From NCBI GenBank assembly GCA_964016885.1, contig OZ024754.1, positions 9,424,001-9,488,000 on the forward strand: a stretch of DNA of 64,000 bases, given 5' to 3'. The notes beneath the pieces were generated by a model that saw nothing but the letters and a program-made list of their open reading frames with translations, did no database searches and was not told where the DNA came from. How positions within the stretch are numbered: position 1 is the stretch's first letter; each line of letters opens with the position of its first letter. The position numbers and the translations under genes are program-made. The DNA comes from Eledone cirrhosa (taxonomy: Eukaryota). Of the stretch, positions 1-13,303 are shown one piece after another.

Positions 1-255
1 TTATGTCATTGAGCAAGTCACTTTATTTCACATTGCTCTTTTTGCTAAGAGTTGCAAACAGTAAATATTATCACCAATGGAAAGACCATTGAAAAAATTG
101 TATTCTTGGGTCAATTTGAAGAGTTCCACTCAGCTCAGTAATGAAATGAGGTCCAAGGTCTTGTTGATCGATTCAATCAATTGATGTAAAGCTAGATATA
201 TGTATAGGTCTTTAGATATATACACTGATAGACTTTAAGCGAAAGAAGGTACATA

Positions 256-482
256 CAGGATGGGCCAGAATTCATAACTCACTTGATTATTTATAGATCT
301 ATTAACACAAAATGTTATGAAACAAGTTAAGGAATATAATACCATATACAGGCATAAGATCACGAACAAGATACGTTAAGCACACAAATGTACACATTTA
401 ATTAATGCGCTGCTTAGTTAAATAGAATAAGCATGTTGAGAAATATAACTAAGAAGCGAGTCATGAATTCTGGCCCAACCTG
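256..482. mobile_element. Tc1/mariner-type MITE (duplicate at 13559-13785)
   Basis: TA|CAGGATGGGCCAGAATTCATAACTCACTT ... AAGCGAGTCATGAATTCTGGCCCAACCTG|TA: imperfect ~29-bp TIRs with TA flanks. Confidence 0.8.
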
Positions 483-961
483 TAGATTAAAAACAAGAAA
501 GATATAGCATTAGATAATTCAATTCTTCCATTACTGTTCAGTTAAAACCAACATGATAAAAAAAAATAAATTGGTAGCAAAAGTATGAAAAAGCTTGATA
601 CAGATACAATAATAGTAATGATTAGATAAAGACTGATAATAGCTCTTAGCAAGTTCAGCAACATAATCATTAGTATAACTAGTTCCCTTGTTCTTTAACC
701 AGTTAACCTTTAGGCTATAACCACTCAATGACCGGATCTTGTTTGGAAACTAATGCAATAAATAGTAATGGAAACAGATGTACAGTTATCGCTACCATCT
801 TATAAATCGCTATCACTATATACATACATAGATGTATATAAAAGTATATATATATATATATATATATATATAAGTATATATATAAGTATATATATATATA
901 AGTATATATATAAGTATATATATATATAAGTATATATATATATAAGTATATATATATATAA

Positions 962-997
<36 letters not shown>

Positions 998-1390
998 ATA
1001 CTTGGGGAGGGTCATATTTTTGTAATATTGCCAGAATTAATAACAGAACACACTCACTGTTTGGTTGGTTTTCGCTTCTCGCTGTCTTTTATTATATCTG
1101 CGATCTAACTTAATCGGTCCTCAATGTTGCCATTGACTGCCGACGGTCAAAAAATAATACAGATACAATATAGACACAAACACATATATATAGTTTACAT
1201 AATTTACATAAATCTTTTGTTGTACATCTGCAACATCGTCAGTGGTGTTATATTTTTTCCTCCTGTTGTGTTGTATGTCTACGCCATTTTTTATTCAGTC
1301 TGTCTATATATTTATTTATTTATTTGCTTGTTTGTTTATTTTATTTTGTCTTCTTTGCGCATGCGCCGCTATATATATATATATATATAA

Positions 1391-1440
<50 letters not shown>

Positions 1441-1444
<4 letters not shown>

Positions 1445-1950
1445 TTTGAGTATATGTTGGTTGTATACCAACACCTCAGTATGCAGATTGGAGCACTCGA
1501 CGAAGTGCGCAGGTTGGTTTGGTTACTCCGGAGTAATGTAAAATAAAATAAAATAAATAAGTCAAATGTTTAAAATTTAGCTTCGTTTATTACTGCTATA
1601 TATATTTCGGTGACAGCCATCTTTGGCTGTGACCTCTTTAGGCAGTCCGAATTAGTGTGGTAGAGACGAGTACACATGTTGTTGAGGTGTTTAACTTTGT
1701 CAATACTCTGATATGCCCAGTTCCTGGTTGGGTTGTTGTTTCACTGAGGAACTGGAATCATATCTCTTCCAATCATATATGATTCCAGTTCCTCAGTGAA
1801 ACAACAACCCAACAAGGAACTGGGCATATCAGAGTATTGACAAAGTTAAACACCTCAACAACATATGTACTTGTCTATACCACATTAATTCGGACTGCCT
1901 GAAGAGGTCACAGCCAAAGATGGCTGTCACCGAAATATATATAGCAGTAA
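1441..1950. mobile_element. Foldback Penelope-like/retrozyme-like element between (TA)n tracts (duplicate at 14744-15253)
   Basis: ~174-bp inverted arms at 1590-1763 and 1777-1950, each carrying a hammerhead motif; (TA)n on both sides. Confidence 0.7.
1894..1948 (+). ncRNA. Minimal type I hammerhead ribozyme motif (duplicate at 15197-15251)
   Basis: ACTGC-CTGAAGA-GGTCACAGCCA-aaga-TGGCTGTCACC-GAAA-TATATA-TA-GCAGT: 5-bp stem I, 11-bp stem II with one mismatch, palindromic stem III; predicted cleavage after 1943. Confidence 0.8.
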
Positions 1951-2046
1951 AATATAGTATAAAATATATATATACATACATACATATATATATATACATA
2001 CATATATATATTTATATATATATATAATATATATATATACATACAT

Positions 2047-2300
2047 ATCATCATCATCATCATCATCACCGTTTTACGTCCGTTCTTCCACGCATGCATG
2101 AGTTAGATGGGTTGTCCTGTTGTGGGCAGTGTCTGGTCGGCTGACCATGCCTTGCTCATACAGGAGCTGATTTGGCTTGATTTCTACAGCTGGATGCCCT
2201 TCCTAACACCAACCTCATTTACAGTGTGGGCTGGGTGCTTTTTTGCCGTGGCACCTCCACGACCATCTTGCAGTGGGGGGTGTGGGGGCATATTGTCTAT
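2047..2300 (-). mobile_element. SINE 3' part with RTE-like tail and (GAT)n end
   Basis: (CAT)n-CCGTTTTACGTCCGTTCTTCCACGC...GGATGCCCTTCCTAACACCAAC; the motif recurs at ~12560, 23780, 24070, 35300 and 35520. Confidence 0.7.
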
Positions 2301-3364
2301 ATATAATATAAATATATACATATATATATACATACATATATACATATATATATACATATATAATATATATATATACATATATATATAATATATATACATA
2401 CATATATACATACATATAATATATATATATATAATATATATACATACATATATATAATATATATACATACATATATATAATATATATACATACATCTATA
2501 CATACATATATATAATATATATACATACATATATACATATTTATAATATATATATATACATATATATATATATACATACATATATATATATTTCATCCTT
2601 ACGGGGTCGATAAAATAAAGTACCAGTAATTCACTGGGGTAATTGCTGGCCTTGTGCAAAAAGTAGAAACAATTATTATTATTATCATCATTATCATCAT
2701 CACTGGGTGCCTTTTGTTGTGTCACCACCATGACCACTTTACACCACTTTAATTGCTGGCCTTGTGCCAAAAGTAAACACATTATTTTAATGGGGAGTTG
2801 TTTTGTCAAAGGAGATTCTTCTATGAATATTACTGATTAGGTTTAAAAAGTTATGTTCGGGTAGCAGTAATAATTGTTTATATATGGTAGCTTCTTGTCT
2901 TTTCTCTTGAATTTTTCTCTTGGAAGAGGGGAGGGACATTCACTACACCCCAGGCTGAAGGGTTTCTTAGTCATGCTTTGTGGACAGAATAGCAAAAATA
3001 TTACTGCAGAGAATGGTCAGAGAAGCCTGCTGTAAGAGCTATCCCACTTCACAGGGCTCCCTTCTAAAGTGGATCACAGTCTTTCCAACTTCATGGAGGA
3101 AATCGGCAGTGCAGGGGACCAAGGATGCCAGAGGTCTCAACAGAGACTAGTTCAAAGAGGTAGTGGTTGGTCAGGCCCCACTATTTTGATATTGCATCAC
3201 CCTACATGATCTCATTTTAACACCAGCCACATCTTTATCAAAGGAGAAGTAGAGACCTTCAAGCATGCATAATGGTATCAATATCATTATCATCTACACC
3301 ATTACCTACTCTAGTAAAGTCCAAGCTGCTAATAATAAGAAATTTTGAACTACTCCTTCTTTGC

Positions 3365-3842
3365 CCACTTATTCCTGAGAGGGTTGTGGGGTCAAAGTCC
3401 TCAAACATTCCTTCCAGCGGGTCCTGTCAGAAGCAACCATCTCCAACTGATCCAGCTGGATCCCCAAGCATGACCAGCCAAGCTCATGGATATTATCCAA
3501 CCATCTTGCTCGGGGCCTACCCCTGAGTCTCCTGCCTGTTGATTTTGCCCGCAAAATCTGTCCAGTGATTCTTTCCTTAGACATTCTAACCACGTCTGTA
3601 GAATCAGAGCTGTGATCTCTCAGTTCGGAGAAGTAGCAGCTCTACCTGGAGTGAGTCCAGCGATTCTTTCCCGAGACATTCTAACCACATGCCCATAATA
3701 TCAGAGCTGTGATCTCTCAATTCAGAGAAGTAGCAGCTCTACCAGGAGTCGCTCTCTGATCTCCGAGTTATGCACTTTATCAAGTAACATTACTCCAAAG
3801 ACTCTTTAGAGAAATCCCATTTCAGCCGCTTGTATTCGCGAA
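3365..3842 (-). mobile_element. RTE-clade LINE 3' fragment, decayed (duplicate at ~16668-17145)
   Basis: Minus strand reads RIQAAEMGF...HVVRMS...ERITGQILRAKSTGRRLRGRPRARWLD, the typical RTE ORF C-terminus, with stops and an internal duplication. Confidence 0.85.
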
Positions 3843-4434
3843 ATTTTGAAATTGAAGTATAAAATTCAACCATGTTGAATTGAGTGAACTTACAATCATG
3901 TTTGTTCCTAATGCTACTGAACCAACTTTCTATTACTGAAGTCTAATTGTCTTTTTAAAGCTATTAATTATTTTTCAGATATTCTAGCTAACTAATTCCA
4001 TTTCTTTTCTGTTTTTGTGAAATTAATCAATTTACATGAGGTATTCTAGGCAAACGTTCTTTGTGGTCTTTAATCATAACACACATTTCTCATTTAACAA
4101 GATATTATAACCTACAATCTTACTTCATTATTTTTTTTAGATACATTTTTTTCCTTAATGTTTATGTAATTGTAGATGTTTACGCATCTTTTTTTAGTTT
4201 ACCATAATATTATTATTTAGTAATTGTTTTTAGAAGCTGTCTTCTACTTCATAGAAACTAGTTATAGAACATAAAAGTATTTTTCAAATCTCAATATACT
4301 TAATGTAAGATATGTTATTTTGGAAAGTAGTATACTTATGCGAGTGTGTGTTAGCTATAATGTTTAAATATTCTAATACAAGACACTTAAGTTCTTCAGT
4401 TCTTCGTAGGTTTTTTTCAATTTTAATATTGTTG

Positions 4435-4660
4435 TCCTTTGCCCTAGGGCCACCTCATTGCTCACCACCATCGGCACAGAGTTGGCTTTACACAGGTGTG
4501 AGCCTTGCGACCTGGAATGGCTCTTCCTGTGTGTCTCCATCCCCATCTTCCAGGGAAATACCTTCTCTATACTGTCCACCAGGGCCGCTAGGCAGCCAGC
4601 ATGTGGACCCCTATTTGCTCACAATAGTGAGAGATGGATTGAACGGGAGAGACAGAGAGT
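4435..4660 (+). repeat. Unclassified interspersed repeat (also ~27290-27470, inverted at ~37990-38215)
   Basis: Shared blocks CCTAGGGCCAC..TTGCTCACCACCATCG and CAGCATGTG..CCC.TTTGCTCA.AATA. Confidence 0.65.
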
Positions 4661-4684
4661 AGAAATGATGGTATCATTCATTCA

Positions 4685-5014
4685 TTTCATTTTACGTCCG
4701 CTTTCTCCCTGCTTGCAAGGGTGGGATGGGAACTGATTCTGGCTTGATTTCTACAGCTGGATGCCCTTCCTAACACCAACCTCATTTACAGTGAGTGCTG
4801 GGTGCTTTTTTGCCGTGGCACCTCCACGACCACTTTGCAGTGGAATGATATGGACCCCCAGTCCCTATCATCTCATTTCTACAGCTGAGTAAACTGGAAC
4901 AATGTGAAATAAAGTGTCTTGCTCAAGGAAACAACACATCACCCGGTCTGAGAATTGAACTCACAACCTTTCGATTGCAAGGCCAATGCTCTAACCACTA
5001 AGCCATGTGCCTCC
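4685..5014 (-). mobile_element. tRNA-derived CORE-like SINE with RTE tail
   Basis: Reverse complement of the full-length copy at 31870-32213. Confidence 0.85.
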
Positions 5015-5708
5015 ATATGCATTCTTAAATTCAGTTATTTGATTCCCAGCTACCCACATTTTCAGTATCAGATGTTATACAATTATGCCTATTTAGCATT
5101 ATGAATACATAAGCTGAGATTGCTACTTTCTGCTTAGGATATAAATTCTTGAGCCACATTAATAACTAGTTTGCACTTAGTTAACATTGTGATCTCTGTT
5201 GAGGAATTTAGGCTTTAATGGGTTTACAAGTAATACAATCTCAGAAACCAGAAAAAATGTAGATATTTGTAAATTGGTATCATTATGCTGGTTTCCAATT
5301 AACTTGGCAGCATTTTGATATTGTCACTATTACTTCTCTCTCTTGTTTATTTTAGGGAGAGAGGAAGTCCTTATGACATTATCCAGGTTTCCAAGACTAG
5401 TAGGAGGGAGAGAGGGAGGTTTCATTTAAACTGGAGAAACATCTTAAATGCTTGCAACAGATTGGATTTGACTAAAGGTACCCAAAGCACAAGTAGGCTA
5501 TCTTCAACTGAGCTTTAACAATATTACTAATCCACTGTCATGGACTAGAACTTTAGGTTATCAACCTTGGACGGATGAATAGCAAAGATGACCTCAGGGG
5601 AATTTGAACTCAGAGCACAGAGACCCAGAATAAATGCTGCAAAGCATTTTGTACAAAACCCTGACTTAGTAAATGTGATGCTCATACTGATACAATGGAG
5701 ATGAGTTT

Positions 5709-5811
5709 TACATAAATATGGTTCTTACATAAATATGGTTCTTACATATATATATGGTTCTTACATATGTATGGTTCTTACATAAATATGGTTCTTACAT
5801 AAATATGGTTT
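5709..5811. repeat. 17-bp minisatellite (TACATAAATATGGTTCT), about 6 copies
   Basis: Direct tandem units visible in the sequence. Confidence 0.85.
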
Positions 5812-5859
5812 TTAAATATTTCTTATATGCTTATTCAGTTACTATATCCATGCTCTTCA

Positions 5860-6064
5860 CCCTTTAGCATTTAAACTGGCCATATCCGGCCAGAATTCTG
5901 GCCAAACTGGTTGTAACCAGCCACTCATTTTTCTGTTAAGGTATTGTTCTCAAAATAAATATCAAAACTTCATAGATTCGATATTATGTGATATAATTAT
6001 GTGAAGTAAAGCCTTTACCTTAAAAATACAATGGAAGATAGAGAGTAATATGAATGCTAAAGGG
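5860..6064. mobile_element. piggyBac-type MITE
   Basis: TIRs CCCTTTAGCATT / AATGCTAAAGGG; same family as 6717, 10375 and 45444. Confidence 0.75.
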
Positions 6065-6716
6065 TTTGTTTCATCGAACCTTAGGCTTCTTTGTAAATGG
6101 ATGTCTTGACTGTATAGCCTCCCACAATATTAAGGTCTTGTGCTTATGTTAGTAATTAAACTGATCAAATCTGCCCTTCTCTGATCACTGTTAGTGTCTC
6201 AGAAGAATTGAGAAATGGCTGACTTTTATAGAAAAAAATATCAGGAATGAGAGGAATAAATTAATGTCACATTTGGAATTTTTCAAAATATCTGAATTAA
6301 AGATTAAAAAATAATGATATTTTTAAATTGTTTCATTTTTTTCCAATTTGCTGTATTAAAAAAAATAATAATTGTAATGAAGTTATAATAGAATATTTTA
6401 TTAATTTTTTCAAACTTGTTGCAGTATTGAAATAACAATTTATAATGTCATGTCTTTTTTAATTATATTAGAATCATGAGGGATTTGGAAGATTTCAAAA
6501 TGATTATATTTGGCTAAGGATGATATCAATTTTGTGTCTTTTAGGGTAGGGAAATATGTTCCACAGAAAGGTGTCTAGGTTTAACATTCTATAAACAGCA
6601 GTGTGATCAAAGTTCCAATTAATGTTAGTGAGATTTAAACTCTATTGTACAGATAGAAAAATGGGATATTTCTTTGTTTATAATTTTCTCCAAGTGATGG
6701 GCTTTGCCAGGTTTAA

Positions 6717-6937
6717 CCCTTTAGCATTTACATTACTCTATATTTACTATTATATTTTCATGGTAAAGGCTTTAACTTACATAATTATCTCACATAATAT
6801 TGAATCTATGAGATTTTGATATTATTTATTTTCAGAATAATACCTTAACATCAGTATGAGCGGCTAGTTACAGCTGGTTTGAACAGAAAGAGGTGAGGGA
6901 ATTCTGGTCGGATATGGTCGGTTTAAATGCGAAAGGG
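6717..6937. mobile_element. piggyBac-type MITE, opposite orientation
   Basis: TTAA|CCCTTTAGCATTTA ... TAAATGCGAAAGGG|TTAA. Confidence 0.85.
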
Positions 6938-7129
6938 TTAAAGATGTGATTGATTGGTATTGTGGCAAGATTTCAAAGTGTATTACACCAGTCACACCCC
7001 ACCAAACCCTTAACATAAGTTGAAGCAACACTAGCATATATAGTATCTCTATGACCTTGGCTAGAGTAGGCTTTGAAACCTGAGGTAGCAAGTAATTGTT
7101 TTGAGAAATTATTTATAATATATATATAT

Positions 7130-7515
7130 ATAACGAAGGAAGTGTGGTAAGGAATCTGGGGGACCATAACGCACCAGAGTACTCGATACTATGGGTAGTA
7201 GAGTGGGTAATAGGAAAATAGTCAGGACCCCGACGGCTGAGCTCTGGCCGTTTTGACAGCTAGATCTGAACGCCGACAGGTGAGTTCAGAACTAGCTGTC
7301 AAAACGGCTTGAGCTCAGCCGTCGGGGTCCTGATTATTTTCCTATATATCTATATATATAGGAGAAAGTATGACCCCGACAGCAGAGCTCAAGCCGTTTC
7401 GACGGCTAGTTCTGGAATAGCCGTCGCAATAGCCGTCGAAACGGCTTGAGCTCTGCCGTCGGGGTCATACTTTCTCCTATTACCCACTCTACTACCCTAA
7501 GTATTGAGTACTCTC
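7130..7515. mobile_element. Foldback elements with hammerhead 3' halves, cut by the gap (complete at 20435-20865)
   Basis: Inverted arms containing GAAACGGC-TTGAGCTC(A/T)-GCCGTC-GGGGTC; TA flanks. Confidence 0.65.
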
Positions 7516-7715
7516 NNNNNNNNNNNNNNNNNNNNNNNNNNNNNNNNNNNNNNNNNNNNNNNNNNNNNNNNNNNNNNNNNNNNNNNNNNNNNNNNNNNNN
7601 NNNNNNNNNNNNNNNNNNNNNNNNNNNNNNNNNNNNNNNNNNNNNNNNNNNNNNNNNNNNNNNNNNNNNNNNNNNNNNNNNNNNNNNNNNNNNNNNNNNN
7701 NNNNNNNNNNNNNNN
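7516..7715. other. Assembly gap (200 N)
   Basis: Run of N. Confidence 1.
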
Positions 7716-10051
7716 ACTGCATATATCGTATTTTCATTTATATTCAATAATGAAATGCTGTGTTATATTTTCTGTGGTGTTAGTATGTTTTACATATAGA
7801 AATGATTCAATAAAATACCTCACAAAATCTTTTTCCTTATGATGAAAATTATTGTCTCTGACAAGGTATCTTTGAAAGCAGTTAAGGTAATAAAGAGAAT
7901 ATTAGTTTCAGAAAACCCATTGGTTTGATTCCCAGACTCGAATGGCATGTTGTATCCTTATGTAAAGCACTTAATTACATGCTAGTTCAGTCCAGTCAGC
8001 AGAAAAATAGAAATGCCAGCAGCAGCAGGGGTTTAACCTTACAGCAGACTGGTACCCTGTCCAGTAGGGCCAAGAAGAGTGTTTTACTCTCAGTCACTTA
8101 ACATCATATGAAACCAGGATACACTCTGGCCTTATGAACCTCTAGTCTCAAGAAAGACTTTCCCCTCCCGATTTATCATTCAGAGAACACACGTGTATGT
8201 TATGTTCTAAACACCAGCTTAATAATGAGAAAGTTATTTATATTATTAAATCCCTCAGAAATATTGATTATCTTCAAAATTACTTCAATATCATAAACAG
8301 TGTCTTTCATTAGACATATGGAAACAAGTGAGTTAATATAATACCTTAGGCTAATTTATGTATTAGTCTTTGTGGTGCCATAAAACTAATAACAGCTGCT
8401 GTGTACCATGTTGTTGCTGTTGTTCTTTCTTAACACAAGTGCAAAGCTAAGAGAGCTTTCATTTCACTAAAGAATTCTGTCTTTGAACGCACCAAAATTT
8501 TACTTTGAGTGGATTAGCCATAGTAGAAAATTAATTTTTCTTTTCTTCTGTTTCAAAAATCTCTTTGGCAACAGGTGCTTGGTTCTACAATAAGCAAATA
8601 ATTAATTATGCAAGATACCACACAGCTGGTGTGTTAAGGTTGTTATATATACATATGTATATATATATACGCACACATACAATAAGTAGATATATAGGGA
8701 TTGATCATATTAGTGACTAATCATGGTTGTTGTTGTATTTGAACCTAAAGTCATTTGGCATGTATTCTCCCACAACAAACATCATTAGTGGTAAAATCAA
8801 TAAGTAGCAGTTCAATAAATGTCTTTACTACATTAGTTTGCCACCTACACAGAAAACTATAAAAATTGTTGATGTACATCAAATATATATTTGCCTGTAT
8901 TTTTGTGAATATATACATCTCTGCTCATATATGAGTTTCTGTTCAGTTATATGTTAGTGTTTGTGTTATGAGTATATATTTTCGTATTCTGAGGGCAAAT
9001 TGATGGCAAATTTCCATGAAAATTCTTTAGTAGGAAAGGAATAATTTGTAAGAAAAATTAATTATGGTAACAACAGCTTTATCTCTTTTGATCATGATTG
9101 ATTGCCAAAATGCTGAAGTATCATCTCTACAGTGTGAACTACTTTTCATAACAAACCAGAGATTTGAAGTCAGTTTGTGTCAAATCTTTGCAGCTTTTTC
9201 CTTTATGGTGAAAACAATTATCTTGTAATAAAATTCAAGTCGATTTTTCATTCTTTCAATCATCACGCTATTATGTAGTATAGAATAAAACATTATCATT
9301 GATCACATTATGCCAATCCTGGCCTAGCAAAAAGCATAAGCTTTAAAATCTCACTCAGATTTACCATTACACTGATAATTTTGCTGTTTAGTAAGTATTG
9401 TTAGGACAGAAGTATACTATTAAAAATAAATGATGCCTACAATAAAGTTCTGATTTTTATTAAAGTCCTCTCTTTCTACATATTTTGTTAATGCCATTAA
9501 CAAGAAACATCTACCTTCTCTTAAAAATATAAGTTATTGTAATTCAGTTATTTTCAAACATTTTTATCCAGTTTAACCAATGGCAACGTTTTGAAAGTAA
9601 ATGTACCTCTATCTCTTTTTGCTCAGTTATTTGGGTCTACTTCCCCACAATAATACAGTAACGGATGAAGGAATAATTTTAAAATATCGTTTTCATTATT
9701 ATTATTTTCAGTTGAAATAACTGTAATAGCCCCAAACAACATTCTTTTATTGATATACTGAGTTCTTCCACAATAGTGTTGTTAGATGTCTCCAGATTTT
9801 CTGTTTCCTGCTTCAATGAACTAAGATTTTTCTTATTTCAATGTTTCTGGTATTCAGCAATGACACCAAGTACCAATCATCTTGAAAGCTTGACATAGTG
9901 GATTTTTGTAAAGCTGATAATTATATTAAAAATACAAGCAATGTTGATGGAGTGAGATGTATTGCATGAATTTCTTTCTCTAGTTTGATGGAAGATCCAT
10001 TGAGATGAGATGAAATGATACACACACACAGGCATACACACATACAGGCAT

Positions 10052-10102
<51 letters not shown>

Positions 10103-10374
10103 CATACATTCCATAGTGCTGGTACCACAATGAGGTACCCTCAGTACACACTATGGGGTGATTGGCAGTGAGAGGAGCGTCCAGAGTAGAAGCCATGCCT
10201 AAAAGTTTTGAAATGACCCTTTCATCACAATATAAAACACATTGTGTGACGGATGTAAGTTGCTGAAATTTATATATAGATGATCATGTGTCGTTAGAAG
10301 ATGGTGATTGTGATATGAAATTGGATTGAATTAGCAGCTTTCACCATATGTTTGACTACAGAAAATTAGTTTAA

Positions 10375-10817
10375 CCCTTTAGCATTTAAACTGGCCATAT
10401 CCGGCCAGAATTCTCTCACCTCTTTCTGTTCAAACTGGCTGTAACTGGCCACTCATACTGATGTTAAGGTATCGTTCTCAAAATAAATAACACCGTGAGA
10501 TAATATGTGATGCGCATGAAAGATGACCACTGGGTAAAGAAGTGCCAAGAAATCCCAGTAGAAGGAAGATGCAGTAGAGGAAGACCACGAAAAACATGGG
10601 TGGAGGTGGTGAGAGCAGACCTCAGATTGCTGAAGCTCATGGAGGAGATGACGAAGGGCCGTGACAAGTGGAGAGATGCTGTGCTGAATAGGACCCGTCC
10701 CATCCTTGTAAGCTGGGAAAAGTGGACGTAAAATGATGATGATGATGATGAGGAATTAAGTGAGATAAAGCCGTAAAAATACAATAGTATATAGAGAGTA
10801 ATGTAAATGCTAAAGGG
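10375..10817. mobile_element. piggyBac-type MITE interrupted by an RTE insertion
   Basis: TTAA|CCCTTTAGCATTTA...TAAATGCTAAAGGG|TTAA. Confidence 0.85.
10505..10751 (+). mobile_element. 5'-truncated RTE LINE 3' end with (GAT)n tail
   Basis: MRMKDDHWVKKCQEIPVEGRCSRGRPRKTW...; (GAT)n tail; same family as 30880-31585. Confidence 0.9.
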
Positions 10818-10884
10818 TTAATAATAGGGTGTATAAACCCCAAGAATGGAAGAAAATGACTATTCATCAGACTGTAGCCCTGCA

Positions 10885-11062
10885 GTCTAGGACACAGGTA
10901 GCTCTTTTAATTACAGGTACAATTCATTTTTGCCAGTTGAGTGAACTGGAGCAATGTGAAATAAAGTGCCTTGCTCAAGGACAATGCGTGCTGCTGGGAA
11001 TCGAACTCACAACCTTACGATCGTGAGCTGAATTCCCTAACTACAAAGTCACGCACTTTCAC
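10885..11062 (-). mobile_element. CORE-like tRNA SINE
   Basis: Reverse complement has a B box (GAGTTCGATTCCC) and CCTTGAGCAAGGCACTTTATTTCACATTGCTCCAG; similar copies at ~12365-12520 (+), ~13232-13345 (+) and ~53990-54203 (-). Confidence 0.8.
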
Positions 11063-11082
11063 ATGTGAAAAGGGGAACTATA

Positions 11083-11790
11083 GAGACACATAAATAATTG
11101 TTTCGACTTTTGGCACAAGGCCAGCAATTACACAATGCATTACTGGTACTTTATTTTATCGACCCCATAAGGATGAAAGGCAAAGTTAACCTCGGCGGGA
11201 TTTGAACTCAGATCATACAGGGAGGTAACTCTATGCTTCAAAACATGGCGTCCGACCCTCTACCGATACTGCCAATCCACTGCCTTTCGAGACACATAAA
11301 TAATTGTTTCTACTTTTTGGCACAAGGCCAGCAATTACCCAGTACATTACTGGTACTTTATTTTATCGACCCCGTAAGGATGAAAGGCAAAGTTAACCTC
11401 GGCGGGATTTGAACTCAGAATGGCAAGGGCCGTAACTCTATGCGTCAAAGCATGGCGTCCGACCCTCTACCGATACTGCCAATCCAATGCCTTTAGAGAC
11501 ACATAAATAATGATTTCTAGTATAGGCACTAGTACTGGTACTTTATTAGTAATGCACCTAGTATAGGCACAAGGGCAGTAATTTGGGAGGAGGTGAAAGT
11601 TGATTAAATCAACCCCAGTATGTTACTGGTACTTTATTTTATCGACCCTGTAAGGATGAAAGGCAAAGTTAACCTCAGCAGGATTTAAACTCAGACTGTA
11701 AAGAGCCGTAACTCTATGCTGCAAAGCATGGTGTCTGGCTCTACCAATACTGCTAATCCACCGCGCCCCCTTATAGAGACACAAATTATG
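11083..11790 (-). mobile_element. Three tandem copies of a second tRNA-SINE family
   Basis: Reverse complement of each: GGATTGGCAGTATCGGTAGAG...GAGTTCAAATCCCGCCGAGGTTAACTTTGCCTTTCATCC...GGGGTCGATAAAATAAAGTACCAG; copies separated by GAGACACATAAATAAT. Confidence 0.85.
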
Positions 11791-12956
11791 AGAACAATTA
11801 TATATTTGGTTTCATTTTGTAAAGACAAAAATTAAAACTACAGGCAATGTTAAATCTTTTCACAAAGAAGTTAATATCATGTTTCTTGCCAAATTGACAT
11901 TATGGCGGCCATTATTTGCTTCATTATGCCTTTGTTTGTTTGCACGTATGTTTATATCAACATACATATACATAAATATAGGTAGAGAGATAAAGAAATA
12001 TATACATATAGATAGGCTAATATACATAATTAGAGGAAGCTAGATAGATAAGCAGATATTAGTTTAGTTTTAGTATGTAATACATGAAATGCTGTATGTT
12101 TTAGAGATATAAAAATGATTTATCCATGAGCGTAACTGCTATAGACGAAAATAGTTGCAATAGTGTTATGTAAATGTACATGTAGTTACATATTAAAATA
12201 TACTGGGGAACAACACAATCTATTCTATAATATTATAAATAAAACTATTTATGGTTCCAAACATTCATTAGTGTTTTGTATGTCTAGTTAACTCATCAGT
12301 AGAGAAGAAATGATAGATGGCATTCATATGACTACTATCTATAGGAGTATTTAATAAAATATTAAGGTGCAGGACTAAGTAGTTAAGGGGTTGGGTTCAT
12401 TATTCTAAGTTCACGAGATCAATTCCCAGAAAAGCCAGCACATTGTTTCCTTGAGCAAGACACTTTATTTCACATTGCTACAGTTCACTCAGCTGGCAAA
12501 AATGAATTTGTACCTGTAATTCAACTGGCCAGTTTTGTCACACATTGTGTCACACTGATTCATCATCATCATCATCATCATCACTGTTTTACGTCCATTC
12601 TTCCACACTAGCATGGGTTAGACGGGTTGTCCTGTTGTGGACAATGCCAGGTCAGGTGACCATGTCTCGCTCGTACAGAACTGTTTCTGGCAGGTTTTCT
12701 ATGGCTGGATGCCCTTCCTAACACCAACCACATTTACAGTGTGGACTGGGAGCCTTTTAACCGTGTCTCCTACACGACCACTTTACAGTGAGGGCTGGGT
12801 GCTTTTTGTCGTGTCTCCCGACCAATCTTGCCTCAAGTAGGACAAAACCGTCCAACCCATGCTAGCAGCATGGATGATGGACGTTAAACAATGATAATGA
12901 TGTTGATGATAAGCTAGGATCAATATATGTATATATTATATATATGTATATATATA

Positions 12957-13147
12957 TAACAAAGGAAATGTGGTAAGGAACCAGGTGGACCATAACGCAC
13001 CAAAGTACTCAATACTTGGGGTAGTAGAGTGGGTAATAGGAACCAGTAAGACCCCGACAGCTGAGCTCAAGCCGTTTCGACGGCTAATTCAGTCCAGAAT
13101 TAGCCGTCGAAACGGCTTGAGCTCAGCTGTCGGGGTCTTACTGGTTC

Positions 13148-13149
<2 letters not shown>
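12957..13149. mobile_element. Foldback element with hammerhead 3' half
   Basis: Perfect ~53-bp inverted arms at 13038-13090 and 13097-13149; GAAACGGCTTGAGCTCAGCTGTC; (TA)n on both sides. Confidence 0.7.
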
Positions 13150-13226
<77 letters not shown>

Positions 13227-13303
13227 TTCATAAGGCTTAGTGGTTAGAGAATTTGATTCCCAATCCTGAGGTTGTGAGTTTGATTCCTGGACTGTGTGAG
13301 GCA

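Larger units (their letters stand above)
1..7515 (+). repeat. Copy 1 of a near-identical duplication of at least 7.5 kb (copy 2 at 13304-20820)
   Basis: Sequence matches at offset 13303-13305 and the ORF track repeats at the same offset. The only differences I noticed are 1-2 bp indels, mostly in homopolymers. The copy ends at the N gap. Confidence 0.97.

Noticed and set aside
1110-1250. Possible hammerhead on the - strand (CTGACGA-TGTTGC...GCAACA)
   Set aside because: The second core box is not GAAA and stems I and III are not evident; at best it is heavily decayed.
7406-7842. ORFs spanning the N run
   Set aside because: They are artefacts of translating gap characters.
7716-10000. Candidate host exons in unique AT-rich sequence (also ~5357, ~6545 and 24880-25200)
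   Set aside because: AG/GT-bounded segments gave short or stop-containing translations with no recognisable protein. Small exons cannot be excluded without RNA data.
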